In this document: positions 62,495 to 64,000 of the stretch, in pieces
Numbering within the stretch: position 1 is the stretch's first letter
Layout of the letters: every line of letters begins with the position of its first letter
DNA from: an uncultured Acidobacteriota bacterium
GTDB taxonomy: Bacteria > Acidobacteriota > Terriglobia > Terriglobales > Acidobacteriaceae
Assembly: GCA_963842345.1 (NCBI GenBank)
Contig: CAWJGD010000027.1
Coordinates: 77,383-141,382, forward strand
Length of the DNA stretch: 64,000 nt
Direction: 5' to 3'
Notes under the pieces: model-generated
The model's input: the letters and a program-made list of their open reading frames with translations, nothing else
Told to the model about the DNA's origin: nothing
The model's database searches: none
Translations under genes and position numbers: made by a program

Positions 62495-62525
62495 GGTGGC
62501 ATTTTCGAATGCCACCTTTTTCTTT
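62495..62525 (+). terminator. Rho-independent terminator after the hydroxylase operon
   Basis: GGTGGCATT-TTCG-AATGCCACC perfect 9-bp stem followed by TTTTTCTTT. Confidence 0.8.
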
Positions 62526-62551
62526 CGGCGCTCATTGTGATCGTTGATGCC

Positions 62552-63650
62552 ATGAAGATATCGCGAGTTCATACGCAAATCGTAAACGTTCCCGAAGCGC
62601 AATCGCTTGCGGGGTTGCCGTTACAGCCTCCCGTGGTGCGGCCATTTGTTACGCTTGCGACTCGAGACCGATGAAGGCATCGACGGAATCGCAGTGAGTT
62701 TTACTTTCTATTCCAAAGCAATGACCAACGCGCTGAGGAGCGCTGTCCACGACTTGGCGTCACTCGCCATCGGCGAGAACCCGCTGGTTCCGGGGCCGAT
62801 TCTGGAGAAACTGCGCGCTGCCGCAGGTGGCTCGGGTCCCGGGGGCATCTTCATGCTGGCGTTTTCAGCCATCGACATTGCGTTGTGGGATATCCGCGGC
62901 AAGGCGCTGAATCAGCCGCTGTGGAAGTTGCTTGGCGGAGGGCGGCAGCAGGTGCCCGCTTACGCCAGTGGCACGCTTCAACGGAACCTGTCGGATGACG
63001 AGGTGGTTCAGGCTGCCCGTTGCCTGGTCGAAAAAGGTTTCCGGCAGATCAAAATGCAGCTCGGGCTTGCCGGCGAGCACTCGCCCGCGAAGGAAGTGGA
63101 GCGGGCACGAATCGTGCGCGAGAGTGTCGGTCCCGACGTCAAGCTGATGGCGGATGTAAACCAGGGCTGGCGCGTGGAGCAGGCGATCGATGTTGGCCGG
63201 CGACTGGAAGAACTCCAGTTCTTCTGGCTGGAAGATCTCACGGTGCACGACGACTTCGCGGGACTGGCTCGTATCTCTGACGCACTGGTGACGCCCGTGG
63301 CCGGCGGCGAATATGTCTGGGGTATCATTCCATTCCGCCACATGCTGGAGGCGCGCTCGGTTGACATCCTGATCATCGACGCCTTGCGGGTGGGCGGGAT
63401 CACGCAATGGATGAAGGTCGCGGGCATGGCCGAGGCATTCAACACGCGGGTTGTGAACCACTGCTTCCCGGAATTCCTGGTGCACCTGGTGGCGGCCGCC
63501 CCGAACGCTTTCACGCTTGAATACATGCCATGGACGCTGCCGTTGTTCGAAGAGGTCCCCCAACTTCGGAACGGTGAAGTTATCGTGCCGGATCGTCCCG
63601 GACTCGGACTCAAGTTTGATGAGGACTTCATACGGCGGCACGGGGCCTGA
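62552..63650 (+). CDS. Enolase-superfamily enzyme (mandelate racemase / muconate lactonizing family); +1 frameshift near 62657
   Basis: ATG 62552 (MKISRVHTQIVNVP...) joins ORF 62607..63650 at FVTL/RLETDEGIDG. Motifs are IDIALWDIRGKA, MADVNQGW, FFWLEDL and ILIIDA. Confidence 0.85.
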
Positions 63651-63755
63651 TCGTTTTTCTTTGTAAAGCGTCCGGATTGCGGTTGCCGCCGGACGCCATG
63701 GTAAAGCTCAACAGTTGGCAAAAGCTGACAACGCAGCAGGAAAAGGAGGGAATTC

Positions 63756-64000
63756 ATGCGGAACAATGGCTGGAGCCGCCGGGAGTTTCTGACAACGGTT
63801 CCTGTGATGGTTGCCGGGTTGGCCGCCATGGCGCACGGCGAGTCCGTAGCGAGTGGTCAGGCTGTTAAATGGTCGTCAGGCACGGAGCTGCCTCGCCTCA
63901 AGGTGCCACCGAACGCGACCGACTGTCACCACCACATTTATGACTCGCACTTTCCGGCGGATGCGACCATAAAATTGCGGCCGGGCGACGCGCTCATCTC
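63756..64000 (+). CDS. Amidohydrolase-2-like protein with twin-arginine signal; 3' end outside the window
   Basis: ATG 63756 has an AAGGAGGG SD. It has the Tat motif WSRREFLTTVPVMVAGLAAMAHG and then DCHHHIYD, the metal-binding start of amidohydrolase_2 enzymes. Confidence 0.7.
   Translation, partial: MRNNGWSRREFLTTVPVMVAGLAAMAHGESVASGQAVKWSSGTELPRLKVPPNATDCHHHIYDSHFPADATIKLRPGDALI

Overview
High-GC (~60%) bacterial chromosomal segment. It is probably from an Acidobacteriota/Terriglobia-like genome; this is an inference from the CarboxypepD_reg-type TonB receptor and the dense short palindromic intergenic repeats. I can support about 50 protein genes, and I saw no rRNA, tRNA or CRISPR array.

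Main blocks, in order:
- fdhD (partial), a large unknown secreted protein, a TonB-dependent receptor, and argG.
- An aldonate-type IlvD/Edd dehydratase divergent from an ACS-family MFS transporter, followed by an IS5-family remnant.
- A Crp/Fnr regulator next to a tightly coupled six-gene hdrCBA-flxDCBA-like operon.
- A polyphosphate-flavoured neighbourhood: ppk1, GH1, GT2, an LpxH-like phosphoesterase, a Nudix hydrolase, and a CHAD-Ppx C-terminal fusion.
- A GntR-associated cluster around a UPF0261 protein: AKR, UPF0261, Zn-dehydrogenase, creatininase-family protein, and class II aldolase.
- A TPP enzyme, a DASS transporter, katG, a sulfatase-like membrane enzyme, a split chrA pair, and ltaE.
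- A 2-hydroxyacid dehydrogenase / class II aldolase / FGGY kinase cluster.
- The most interesting block: a YqeC-MocA fusion plus YqeB directly upstream of a Tat-exported three-subunit molybdenum hydroxylase, followed by an enolase-superfamily enzyme and a Tat-signal amidohydrolase.

Two global features:
1. At least 22 single-base frameshifts, nearly all behaving as +1 insertions, interrupt conserved genes including argG, katG, ppk1 and the ilvD-family gene. I therefore annotate merged genes and flag the breaks as probable consensus errors.
2. Intergenic DNA is saturated with at least four families of palindromic REP/MITE-like repeats. These include nested insertions and one in-frame copy inside the MocA domain.
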